Assembly (NCBI RefSeq): GCF_001194135.2
Contig: NC_068995.1
Coordinates: 15,674,125 to 15,708,734 of the forward strand
Direction of reading: 5' to 3'
DNA: 34,610 bases
DNA from: Octopus bimaculoides
Lineage: Eukaryota
The notes beneath the pieces were generated by a model that was given only the letters and a program-made list of their open reading frames with translations, was not told the origin of the DNA and made no database searches. Position numbers and translations under genes: made by a program. Of this stretch, positions 1 to 11,316 are shown one piece after another. Positions within the stretch are counted from its first letter, which is position 1, and each line of letters starts with the position of its first letter.

Positions 1-136
1 ATATATATATACATTATACATATATATATACATTATACATATATATATACATTATACATATATATATACATTATACATATATATATACATATATATATAC
101 ATATATATATACATATATATATACATATATATATAC

Positions 137-187
<51 letters not shown>

Positions 188-190
188 CAT
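1..190. repeat. Compound AT-rich mini/microsatellite (about four 19-nt ATATATATATACATTATAC units, then (TA)nCA units)
   Basis: Directly visible periodicity. Confidence 0.95.
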
Positions 191-912
191 GTGTGCGCGT
201 GTGTGTAAACATCCTCGATCGTAATTCGCAATTTAATATATGTATTTATACATACACATAAAATGTGTGAGAGAGAGAAACATCTATACAAGTAAACAGT
301 AACTAATACATTAAACTAAAGTACCCCAGTTTATTGCTCTTCAGTACGTCTACGCGAGCATCTATGTTTTATTTTGTTTTATGTGTTTATAATGAAGTGA
401 TAAAAAATTTATTGTTTTGTGAGCTGGCATTAATTCAGGCAAAATCTTTTATAGCGATAAAAAATCGATAATGGATTAATTGAAGAGCAATAGAGATAAC
501 TTTTGGCCAGAAGTAAATCCAGTATGAAGATTCTTAGAAGCCATTTGCATCGAATTATGTCTTTGTATATGTTTGGCGGGTTTGTGTCTCTGAATCATTT
601 TCATTTACACTCATTCACACACATATACTTAAGTATACATATATATAAATATATACATATGTATATACATATATATATATATATGTAAAAATATATACGT
701 TATATGTACAGACACAGGCGCGCACGCACACACAAAATACACATATTCACACATTGTTTAGAAGAATTTGATTTGACCTCATGCGACTTAGTTTCCGAGG
801 TTCGCTACAAGTACCGACTGATTGGAGCTAGGGGCCGAATCAAGCCTTTATAAATAGTAATGTGTAACTCCTACTAAATATGTTGAGTGCCCCTTTCGTT
901 TGTTGATTCACT

Positions 913-915
<3 letters not shown>

Positions 916-991
<76 letters not shown>

Positions 992-1049
992 TCATATAAA
1001 TAAACATGCATACACATATATATATACATACATATATATACCTATAAAT

Positions 1050-1094
<45 letters not shown>

Positions 1095-1100
1095 CATATA
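916..1100. repeat. (TA)n and compound TA/CA microsatellite
   Basis: Directly visible; source of the IYIYIY pseudo-ORFs. Confidence 0.95.
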
Positions 1101-1194
1101 TTGCAGAGTTGTTTGTAATTAACATGAAAATAACGTAATTGATTTTTGTCTATTTTGTTACAAAATATGTAAAGAATTATCCAAAATCACTTAC

Positions 1195-1340
1195 TAGAAT
1201 TTCTCCTGTATACTTCTTTTGCGCAACAGAATATTTCACGACAAATATTCCATCCACCACTTCGTTGTTTCGGGGTGGCCTGTAAGTTATTTTCGCCAAC
1301 GTTTTGGAGGGCCGAACAATTTCGACGTCGGAATTATTTG
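1195..1340 (-). CDS. ITIH: ITIH-like gene exon (post-VIT linker preceding VWA domain)
   Basis: Acceptor ctttttctag|CA and donor CTA|gtaagt; 146 nt, phase 1 to 0, in phase with the previous exon across a 12,183-nt intron. Encodes (A)NNSDVEIVRPSKTLAKITYRPPRNNEVVDGIFVVKYSVAQKKYTGEIL, matching ITIH AxIxFxP...DGxFxVxYDV...GEI, which normally precedes the NGYFVHxFAP/VWA exons. Confidence 0.9.
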
Positions 1341-1389
1341 CTAGAAAAAGAGACAATACACATGTATCATTGTTGTTGTTGATGTTGTA

Positions 1390-1421
<32 letters not shown>

Positions 1422-2452
1422 GTTTGACTTTTGCTTTGTATTTGTACAAGTTGGCTCCATGTCTCACCCAGAGACCTCAAGAGACAAGTTAGAAGTTCAT
1501 GATAGTGTTATGCCTAGGGTATCATATATTTGGTTTTGCACATAGTGTTCGTCTAGAGAGTATTTAAGAAAACATCAGAAAATTATGAGTTTGCTTTAAA
1601 AATTGAGTTTACATAGACAGTATTTTACGTAGGATATGGGCAGTTTCCATGAGCACTATCTTTTGAATTTCTGCCACTTTGGGGTTTCCTTCGTAGGAAT
1701 CAGCTACTTTTGCTATCATTCCTAGGGCACCTATGACAACAGGTATTGTCTTAGTCTTGAGATTCTACATTTTGTCAATTTCTATTTGAAGGTCTTTATA
1801 CTTGCTCAGTTTATGGTAGGTCTTGACAGATACATTTATATCGATTGGGACAGTTATATTAATGAGGAGGCATGATTTTTGGCTGAAGTATTTCAATATA
1901 ATGTCTGGTCTATTCGTATCTATCTTTCCGTCAGTTTGAATGGTGAAGTTCTAGAGAAGTGAGATGTGATCATTTTGAAGCAATGGAGGTGGTTTGTGTT
2001 CCCACCAGTTTTTATCATGGGGCAATCCAGCTTTTTGCAAATTACCCAGTGAATATATTGTGCTGCTGTATCATGCCTGTTGAGATACTCTGTAGGCGCA
2101 AGAAGACTGCGGTCAACATGATGAATGGTTTCATTTTGTTGTTGACATGCACGACATGTTGGCCACTGCCGTTCTTTAATATATTGGCTTGGTAGTTCCT
2201 TGTAGGTAGGCATTGATTTTGTGTTGGTATGGTAAACCCTTCTGTTTCTGATTATAAGCCAGAAGACACTAACCATTGATGGGTAAGGGCTTTGTCAACA
2301 GCGGCACTATTAGCTCTCTTTGGGTATTTGCCATTGAGAGGTTTTTCTTGCCATTTATCAGTAAGAATATCTAAAGCAGCAGTTTTAGCATGGGTTTTCA
2401 TACGCTTAGCTTTTTCTGTGCTTGTTTCTGGTAGGTCTAATTCTGGAATTTG
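1422..2452 (-). mobile_element. 5'-truncated, inactivated R4/Dong-clade non-LTR retrotransposon (zinc knuckle + restriction-like endonuclease + 3' UTR)
   Basis: Minus-strand translation with stops and frameshifts: KWQEKPLNGKY..VDKALTHQWLVSSGL*SETEGF..QNQCLPTRNY..TCRACQQQNETIHHV..LAPTEYLNRHDTAAQYIHWVICK..IQTDGKIDTNRPDII..LLINITVP..KLSKYKDL..TIPVVIGALG..ETAHILRKIL, ending at TAA 1611-1609. About 190 nt of 3' UTR then runs into (AAT)n. Confidence 0.85.
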
Positions 2453-2896
2453 TATTATTATTATTATTATTATTATCGTTCAATTCGCAATTCATTGTTT
2501 TTCTGCTTGTATTAACCACTAGATATCAAGTTGTATCTCGCGATCCTAGACATCTGGTAGCTTTCTTATATTCATTACTCAGACATAGTGCAGTTCAATC
2601 TAACTGGATTTCTGCAGTATTTTATGTTTGTATTTATTAAAAGGACTTTCACTACTAAAACTGCTCTGCTTTGTTCAGTTATTTCTCTGTCTTGTGTTTA
2701 TATATTATTCCGGGAATTGTGTTTAACATTAGTTTGCATCTACTTTAGTCTATTATTATGAGGATTTTTATTTCAAGATCTTATTTCGAGATCTTCGTAT
2801 ATTAATAGTTTTCTAGTTTGTTCCAACCCAGTCATCAGACATATACATATATACAAACCCGCATATACATCGCATTTCCAACATATGACATTTTGC

Positions 2897-2938
<42 letters not shown>

Positions 2939-3117
2939 NNNNNNNNNNNNNNNNNNNNNNNNNNNNNNNNNNNNNNNNNNNNNNNNNNNNNNNNNNNNNN
3001 NNNNNNNNNNNNNNNNNNNNNNNNNNNNNNNNNNNNNNNNNNNNNNNNNNNNNNNNNNNNNNNNNNNNNNNNNNNNNNNNNNNNNNNNNNNNNNNNNNNN
3101 NNNNNNNNNNNNNNNNN
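2939..3117. other. Assembly gap (N run); further gaps at 22521-22561 and 33340-33799
   Basis: Runs of N flanked by (TA)n/(GT)n tracts, typical of a short-read draft assembly. Confidence 1.
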
Positions 3118-3290
3118 GAATCGAATTATAAAAAAAAAACAATTAGACAAATGATTTTAAAGAAGCCTTTGGAGAAACACTTTTCCAAAGAGAATAGTGA
3201 ATTATCCACTCTTATTAAGATGAAGGCTAGTGGCCCTCACTTTCCAGTCTGCATATAACATGGTATTATTTAGAATAAAAGGAACAAATA

Positions 3291-3505
3291 TATGAGGGGT
3301 GGTGGTGTAGAAAAGTTCCTGGCTTTGGGTAAAAGAAAATACAGGAGGATCAGTTAATTATGATTTTATACAACATATTCCCCTCTCTGTTTCACACACT
3401 TATTGCAGCAGTCCTTCAGTTTTTCTAAGCCCTACAAAAATGCTTGGAAGGTTAGGCCTCCAGCCAGGTCTTTCGTGATACCTTAAAGCCAGGCTTGGAA
3501 GCACG
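3291..3505. mobile_element. Mariner-derived MITE-like element, degenerate
   Basis: Starts TATGAGGGG...AAAAGTTCCTGGCTTT, resembling a mariner TIR. CCTGGCTTT (3318-3326) is perfectly inverted as AAAGCCAGG (3485-3493). Confidence 0.55.
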
Positions 3506-3559
3506 GTCATTTGCTTAATAACCCCAGGTCACAAAATACTATATCTAGTGGTTGTCATC

Positions 3560-3960
3560 AGCGAAACCAGGATTGATGTGGATACATCGGAAGATGATTT
3601 GGTAATATTGTTCCTGAAAGTTGAGGCCTCAAAATATGGACGATTTCTTGAGTCAAGACAGTAATTCTGTGGTACTGGACGGAAGCATCAATCTTTTTTA
3701 TGCCACAGTAGGCGCAGGTTGCTAGGTTTCTTATGATCTCTAGTGATTTTCTTGCAAACACCTATTATTTAGTGCTAGTGAGAGACTCCGATTGCCGAGT
3801 AGATGGCCACCACGGTCTTTGGAGTTGATTCGGTCTCCTCAGAGACGAATACTTTCATACATTTGAACCAAACTAAAAATGCTTCTTCATTGAGTAGACA
3901 AACTCAGACTTAAACCGTGGCATTCTCGCAAAAACATGTGTTTCTTTGAGAAGTATTTGT
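3560..3960 (-). mobile_element. Possible highly decayed mariner transposase fragment
   Basis: Weak frame-broken echoes of mariner motifs on the minus strand (WFK..G....D..GG/RP; GIKKIDASVQ similar to GMKKxxARWVP). Lies next to the mariner-like MITE. Confidence 0.3.
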
Positions 3961-4282
3961 GAGACAAAATAATAGAGCTAAAACCATTCCATGTTTGTAT
4001 GCACATTATAAACGTGATACACACGGGTATTTTAATCTAAGGCTCTGTCAAGACTTCATAATTCAATCCTAGACAAGCTAGCTTTCGAGCAAATCACTAA
4101 ACGGTTTGCATACTGATTACGATATCAGAAGCGAATTTTTAGGTTTGAGTTAGGATGTGCACGATATTCAACACTGAAGGGATCAAATGAAGTGGAAACA
4201 CCTCGTCTACCGATCCAACAGCATTACAAGCGAAACCTTGAGTTTTTTTCTTTTCTCTTCTTATCAAAAATGTCTCTTTTAA

Positions 4283-4498
4283 GGGCGGCGAGCTGGCAGA
4301 ATCGTTAGCACGTCGGGCAAAATGCTTAGCACTATTTAGTCTGCTGCCACATTCTGAGTTCAAATTCCGCCGAGGTCGACTTTGCCTTTCATCCTTTCGA
4401 GATCGATTAATTAAGTACCAGTTGCGTACTGGGGTTGATCTAATCGACTGGTCACCTCCCCCAAAATTTCGGGCCTTGAGCCTAGAGTAGGAAAAAAA
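4283..4498 (+). mobile_element. SINE family A (tRNA-derived), full length
   Basis: Head GGCGGCGAGCTGGCAGAATCG...GAGTTCAAATTCC (A/B-box-like), core GGTCGACTTTGCCTTTCATCCTTTCG..GTCGAT..AAGTACCAG, tail AAATTTCGGGCCTTG.GCCTAGAGTAG. Many other copies occur in the window. Confidence 0.85.
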
Positions 4499-4567
4499 AT
4501 GTCTCTTTCAAAGTTCTATGATTCTATATATATTGTAAATTTTATACAAACGCTGTTTCAAGAGCGG

Positions 4568-4946
4568 ATCTTTTATCTTTTACTTGTTTCAGTAATTAGA
4601 CTGCGGCCATACTGGTGCACTGCTTTTAAGAATTTTAGTCGAACAAATAGACCCCAAAATTATTTATTTTATCAGACCCTTTTACCAAACAGCTAAGTTA
4701 CGAGTGCGTTAAGACACCAACACTAGTTGTCGAGCGATGATGGGGGACAAGCACAAATACACACACACACACACACGACAAAATTCTTTCAGTTTCCGTC
4801 TACCAATTCCACTCACAAGGCTTCGGTCGGCCGGCGACTATAATAGAAGACACTTGCCCCAGGAGCCACGCAATGGGACTGGGGACTGAACCCGGAACCA
4901 TGTGGTTGGGAAGCAAATTTCTTACCACATAAAAACGCCTGCGCCT
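4568..4946 (-). mobile_element. SINE family B (tRNA-like head, internal (GT)n, conserved 3' module), full length
   Basis: Minus strand reads GGCGCAGGCG...GTGGTAAGAA...GGTTCCGGGTTCAGTCCC...GACGGAAACTGAAAG, then (GT)n, then ...ATGGCCGCAGTC..TTACTGAAACAAGTAAAAG. Homologous to 32010-32469. Confidence 0.8.
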
Positions 4947-6084
4947 ATATGTATATGTATATATATATATACACACACACACACATGCATATCTGTAAAT
5001 ATGTTTTTGTGTATGCGTGTGTGAGCCTATGTGTGTGCACGCGTATGTGAGCGTATGTGCGTGCGCGTATGTGTGAGTGAGAGTGTGTGTGTGTGTGTGT
5101 CGTTATAGCACTGTCGAAGATGAGACAGTGACGGTTTTCTAATTTCATACTTGTAACATTTACTGACATTTTACAGATATTTTTAGACGTGTTTCCTCGT
5201 TTGATTTCACGTAGATTCAATGTCAGCTAATTATATTTATTTACCAACCCAGAGAGAGAGCTTAAAACATTTCCTTTTTCATTAAAGTAACATACAAATG
5301 TATCAAATTAAATTAGTTTGTGACTATATCCTGATTACAAATAATTAATATGTCACCACGACCACATTTTCCCCACTTGTGTTATGATAGGGTTAAAGTG
5401 AACATTTCCTTTCTTTACATTAACATATAACCGACCAGAGAAGTTTTCATGTTATTCTGCATATTTCATTTTTGCAAAAAGAAACCGCTTTAAAAAAAAA
5501 TCAAATATTACATCGCAATTTGTCCAGCCCTTAAATATGTAAATGGAGCCATACGATGGCATTACTCATCGTTATGGGCGGCTACACACTTATAATTGAA
5601 GAGAAACTTGATAGTATGCAATGCGGTGTGAAAACTGGAAAGATGGGCCTCGGCTTGTCTAATTTTATTCTAGCTGTATGAATTTAAATAGGGATATGAA
5701 CAATCATACATACATACATACATTTATGTATGTATGTATGTTTATATCTATGTAATACACGTCCCTGAAACAGCCTTAGGTGAATATACTGTTGTTTATA
5801 ACAATTAGAATATGCATAAAGACGTGGACTAGCTTCAATGTTTCTTCAGTGAAAAACTTCTCAGAGACGCTTATATGTTAAAAATTTAAGGCTTAACTGA
5901 AATTATCAGTATCCATTTTTAGAGTAACATTTATAAATTATCATCCATGTTAAGGTAGTTTAGTCGTGACACGTCGTGTGCCAGTTAAGTGGGCGCTACA
6001 CATAACAACTACTTAAAAAGTGGTGGGGGTGCTTGGCATTATACCTACTTAGAGTGGGGGACATTACAAAAAAAAAAAAAAAAG

Positions 6085-7300
6085 GTTCTAAAGGAATATT
6101 AGGCGTTGATAGGCGTAAGGATTAATTCGTGCTTGTATGTAATGCTGCAGTTCGGCATCTTGAGGGCAACACCATGCCGGCAGACGGTGTCATGGGAGAC
6201 TGGGTGGATGAGCCAGTTAAATTACTTGGGATCCGGTTTGATCTTGACCTTCTGATTGATAGAAACCGTGTTGAAGGTTACGAGCTAAGTGCCCAATCTC
6301 AATCATAAAGAGGCTGAGAAGAAGCTATCCCTGTCACGTCAAGCAGAGGTGGTGAGCGAGTACATCATTTCCGTCATATACTACTGCCTGATCGTTGTAC
6401 CTTTTCCCAGTTTTCATATCACCAAATTGAACCGTCTGTGCTTTTACGTCATGTTCAGGGATGCATTCCACCGGTCAGGATGTGTTGTCAACATCTTCAA
6501 TTTAAACGGCTCTGCATACTGTGGTTGTATCCTATGGCTGATGATGTACAGGCATGCACTGAGGCTGCAATACATACAAATATCCCTGAACAATGAATAG
6601 ATGTAGCCATCCTTTATCAGACGAGTTTTCGCAGGTCATCTCTTTCATGGAGCATCAGTTCTAGGTTAAGCAAAGCTCGAAATTGAGTACCTGGTACCTG
6701 GGATGTCAGGCGTTCATAAATCTCAGCAGTCTGATAATGGGATTGGTGGAAGTTCAACTTTTGTATTCTATTGAATACTAGTGGTGAAGGAGGGCGACAC
6801 AATTCTCGGAGAAACTTGAGTAACAATGAGAATGAAAAAGCTCGTTTGTTCCGAAAACCTTTTAACCCTAAACTATGGGCAATTTCCGGAAATCTCTGGT
6901 CTAGTAGTGCTACCGAAACCTCGCCGGTACGGAATAAACTCTACAGGAACGGAAGTGCTGCCAGGAGTACGTAGCAGAGATTCTGTATATACTTGATAAA
7001 ATTCTGAGCATTAATGCCACTAATAACTTACATTGTTTTGTTGGACAGCTGCTATCACATACAGAATGTATCTGGCTATCGGCCAAGTCCTTTATGAAGT
7101 CCAATCCACAGTCTGGGAAAAGCGAGCAATTTCCCTCTGTATGGCTATGACGAAAGCGATTGTAGTGTTGGCGTAGCTACCTTACTTTAGCTGGAAAAGG
7201 CAATTTTCCTTTCTCTCATAGGTTTGGTGAAAGAGGTTGTGCTGTTGACGAGATCGAAAGGGATTAAGATAGACACATTTTTCTTCGGCGAAATTATCGT
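6085..7300 (+). mobile_element. Decayed Tx1/L1-like LINE ORF2 C-terminal fragment
   Basis: Frame-broken translation MPADGVMGDWVDEPVKLLGIRF, KKLSLSRQAEVVSEYIISVIYYCLIVVP..KLNRL, PVRNKLYRNG, LVKEVVLLTRSKG. This fits the post-RT region of Tx1-type LINEs; multiple stops. Confidence 0.7.
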
Positions 7301-7339
7301 CAGCCAAGCTCTCATCAACATATTGTTTCATCTGCTTAT

Positions 7340-8260
7340 GTTCTTAGTTCAAATTCCGCTGTGGTCTGCTTCGCCTTCTATCTATCTGATGTCGAAGAAT
7401 TAAAGTATTATTCGAGTGCTTGGGTCGATGTAATCCAGTAGACTCGTCCGCGAAAAACTGCTGACTCGCGTACGTGAATTAAAAATAATCATAACAACAA
7501 TCGTATCAAATTTTGGCACAGGGCCAACTATTTCGGAGAAGGGGCTAAGTGGATAACATTGACCCCGTTGATTAACTGGTACTTATTTTATCGATCGTGA
7601 AAGGATAAAAGACAAAATCGGCCTTGGGGCAATTTGAACTCAGAATATAGAGTTAGAAGGAATGCCGCTGTATATTATGTCTGATGCGCTAAAGGTTCTG
7701 CCAGCAAGCCGCCAAATAAAAACCATTTCTACAATAGGCACAAGGCCTTGATTTCGAGAGAGGGAGATCAGTCGATTACATCAACCCCTATGCTGTACTG
7801 GTACTTATTTCATCGACCTAGGAAGGACGAAAGGCAAAAGTGACCATGGCTGAATGTGAACTCAGAACGTGAAGACGGACAAGAAGCCGTCAAGCATTTT
7901 GTCCGGCATGCTAACAATTTTGCCATCTCGCCACTAATAACGATAAATATTATTTTTATTAAATTCCCCCGAAGTCAACTTTGCCTTTCATACTTTCGGG
8001 GTCGATAAATTAAGTACTAGTTGCGTACTGGGGTCGATTTAATCGACTAGCCCTCTTCCCCAAAGTTTCTGGCCTTGTGTCTATAGAAGAAATGACTATT
8101 ATTATTATTAATATTATTATTATTATTATTATTCCACCGAGGTCGACTTTGTCTTTCACCCTATCGGTGTCGATAAAATAAGTACCAGTTGAACACTGGG
8201 TCGATGTAATCGACTCGTCCCCTCCCACGAAATTGCTACCCTTGAGTCAAAATTTTAAAC
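7340..8260. mobile_element. Cluster of five SINE-A copies: 7340-7480 (+, degenerate), 7507-7713 (-), 7726-7933 (-), 7961-8097 (+), 8131-8260 (+)
   Basis: Each copy carries the TTTGCCTTTCATCC..GTCGAT..AAGTACCAG core or its reverse complement. The last two are 5'-truncated and followed by (ATT)n. Confidence 0.8.
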
Positions 8261-9769
8261 TTATTATTATTATTATTATTATCATTATCATGTTACTTAC
8301 TGTAACTGTAGTAAATACTTATTTTGCAATAAATATGAGCACGGACTTTAGAGGACACTCTATTACATTATTTTAATGAAAGCGATAAACTTGTCTCGCT
8401 GATATGTTGTAACACAACTATGTAAAATACACTGACGTTATGTCTGTAGATTTGAAGTGTTTTCATGCAGCAAAGAAATTTTCTCGTTTAGATCTGCGAT
8501 ATAACTATATACAGGTTTGTTTGAAGCATATATCAAAATCTTTAATGACAGACTTGTGTCTTCTAAGCTATATCATATCTTGGAGTTTGGCCAAATAGTA
8601 GCATTCTCTTCAAATAGAATCTATATATTCACTGATAATTTGTTTAATATACTGCACCACACCAAGTCATAGAGGAAACTAGATTGGAATCGTTTTGATG
8701 TGCGATTTGATGTATGATCCCCATAAACTGTTTAGCTATTGCTTGAAGGAAATATAGCTCTTGTAATAGATAGAGAAATAAGTTTTCTATTTTGTTTTGG
8801 TTAAATTTCTGCTGGAAATGAAATATCATAAGAATATCATTTTCAAATTAATCATAATTCTTCTGAGAAGTTATGCAGCTGGTTAAATAGGAACAACGTC
8901 AGTCTAATGACTAACAAGATTCAGTGCATCCAGAGTGTGCAACCCATCATCGCTATAAAGCTCGCTCTTCTGAAGGAATCGCAAACATCCTTATTCTATT
9001 TGATTATACTGACTCACGAATAATATTACATATACATTCTTTACGCATAGGTACCACAACAAAGTTCAGCGTAACCCAGTGTATGCTGCGGTTGTATAAC
9101 TAAACAGTGGCTACATTTAATCGGTTGTTTTTCAATTTGATTTCAAATCTTCTTCAAATGTTTAAAAACTATGATATCCTCGAAGTTTTTCCAGATAAAA
9201 ATATGGATTACAACAGCTTAACGTTGTCGCGGTCGACATTTCACCCACTACATATCAATATTTTTCTGGGACAGATGATGATGCTAAAAAAATACCGGTA
9301 CGAGAATAAGAATAAATCGATATCCATTAAGGATTAACAATACCTTATCAAATGCCTGAAACTCCCTCTAGAAGTAGCAGTTAATACAAAGGATGCCATC
9401 ATACCTCACAACATGAAGCGAGATTATCAATGTTCCAGAAAATCTTTCCTTTAGTTAGAATATTGGTATCAACTGAACAATCAGGTTCACAGTAATGAAC
9501 TTCGAATTTCAATATCAGGCCTGATTTTATTAAGAACACCCACCTATGGTCGAGGCATGGAGACGTCGAGTCTGATGGATTTCGAACGAAATCTCGTTGG
9601 ACAAGTGACCGAGCGTACTTAAGTCTAAATAGGTACAGTTGTCTTTCTTGAGCACCAGAACTCATAGGTCAGTTACCCAGTTCCTTTGGTGTACAAGTGG
9701 CCGAAATGAAAACATTCTCTCATTGCAGAGCTCAAGGCCAGTAATTTTGAGAAGAAGGAACAAGTTCAT

Positions 9770-9935
9770 TACATTGAGTCCAGTGAGTAAGTGATACTTC
9801 ATTTTATTGACCCCGAAAGAATGACAGATAAAGTTGACCCCGGTGGGTTGAATGCGGAGCGTAAAGAGCAGAAAGATATGTCGATGAGGACTTTGTCCGT
9901 TGTGACATCGATGCTGCAGGCTCACTGCCTTGAAT
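9770..9935 (-). mobile_element. SINE-A, degenerate
   Basis: Reverse complement of the core (TTTTATTGACCCCGAAAGAATGACAGATAAAGTTGAC) followed by a decayed head. Confidence 0.6.
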
Positions 9936-10328
9936 AGGAAGACACTGAGGAACACAACAATTGCATTATTCAGATAAAGGGTGGTTCATCGAATTGCAGT
10001 ATTGAACGAAATTGCAATCGCAGAATGTGCCTAATTCTTATGCACCACTATCCTACAAGCGACTCCCAAAATTGACCCCATCTTTGTTTATGCTACATAA
10101 ACTAGAGCCGATATCTGATCCTATAACTTCTTGGAGTTTAAGAAAGATTAGCTTTTGTGTTACGCGTTCAGTTTTAGGGATTTTCTTTTATACATTCCAG
10201 ATTTCCGAAATAAAGAGTAATGCCCAACATCCTTGCAGCAGTTATCAAAATATGGAAAAAAAAAAAAAGATCCTTGAAAAAAAAAAAAAAATGAAAGAAA
10301 ATGAATAGGAAAACGAATAACATCATAG

Positions 10329-10962
10329 GTGCCGGCATGGCTATCTCATTAAGAAGCTCCTTATGAAATCATGTGGACTCGGATTCAGTCCTACTCTTTT
10401 GTACCAGGGGCAAGTATCTTCTACTATAACCGACTAATTCCATGTGAGTGAACTTGTTTGACGGAAACTGAGTGGAATCCCATCATATATATATATATAT
10501 ATACATTCACACATCCAACACAATACATACAAAGAGAAATCAAGCGGCTGATTCGTACAAGTGCAATATGTGAAGACTTTTCTCAAGTTCCAAATGTGAA
10601 TTCGTCTATGTTAACTACATTCCAAAGATGGAGAGGAGACCTGTATCTTTGTTGGAAACCGGCTCCCTCGTCAGGTGGAAGGTTTATAATAATTAAAAAA
10701 TAGAAGAGACATACATGCATATGTATGCGTGCATGTATGCGTGCATGTATGCGTGCATTTATGCTCGTCTTTGTAGTCGTATTTGTGTCCCTAGCGGCTT
10801 AGCAACCAGTTTTGGTTTGCTTACGTCCCTGTAACTCAGCGGTTCTGCAAAAGTAGCCGATAAAATAAATACCACACACGCACACACAAATAAATAAATA
10901 AATACTGGAATAGCTGTTGGACTGAACACTGCAGTTTTATGACTAAAACAAGTAAAAGATTG
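10329..10962 (+). mobile_element. SINE-B, head 10329-10485 and 3' module 10775-10962 separated by microsatellite plus ~280 bp of extra sequence
   Basis: Head ...GGATTCAGTCC...GACGGAAACTGA and tail ACGTCCCTGTAACTCAGCGGTTCTGCAAAAG...ATGACTAAAACAAGTAAAAG match other family-B copies. Confidence 0.65.
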
Positions 10963-10980
10963 ATTATATAAAAGTTATTC

Positions 10981-11316
10981 ACAGGCATGACTGCACGGCA
11001 AGAAGCTACTTCTCAACCACATAGTTGCGGGTTCATTCAAGAATATATATGTGTATATTTGCGTGTGCATGCGTGTGTGTGTGTGTTTGCGTGTGTATGA
11101 GTGTGTCCTTGTGCTTGTAACACCGCTTGACAGCCGGTGCTGCTTTGTTTTCTCCTCCGTCAGATTGCAGTTCGGCAAAAACAGACCGCCAGAATAAGTA
11201 CTAGGCTTAAAAAAGTACTAGGGTCGATTTGTTCGACTAACAACTCTCGAAGGCGGTGCCCCAGCATGGCCACAGTCTAATGACTGAAACAAGTAGGAGA
11301 TAAAAAATAAAAGATA
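10981..11316 (+). mobile_element. SINE-B with internal deletion
   Basis: Short head (AAGAAGCT..TTCTCAACCACATAGTTGCGGGTTCA), (GT)n, then GAAGGCGGTGCCCCAGCATGGCCACAGTCTAATGACTGAAACAAG. Confidence 0.75.

Noticed and set aside
52-1118. ORFs rich in IYIY/THTH/CVCV (also 2773-3258, 4945-5220, 25965-26237, 27186-27368, 32153-32512)
   Set aside because: They are translations of (TA)n/(CA)n microsatellites or N gaps, not proteins.
4283-4370. tRNA-like A/B boxes here and at 4946, 20091, 20660 and 32469
   Set aside because: They are SINE heads attached to repeat bodies, with no complete cloverleaf, so I did not call them tRNA genes.
7340-8260. Closely spaced similar sequences suggesting a CRISPR-like or regular array
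   Set aside because: Mixed orientation, unequal lengths and dispersed copies elsewhere identify them as SINEs, and the context is eukaryotic.
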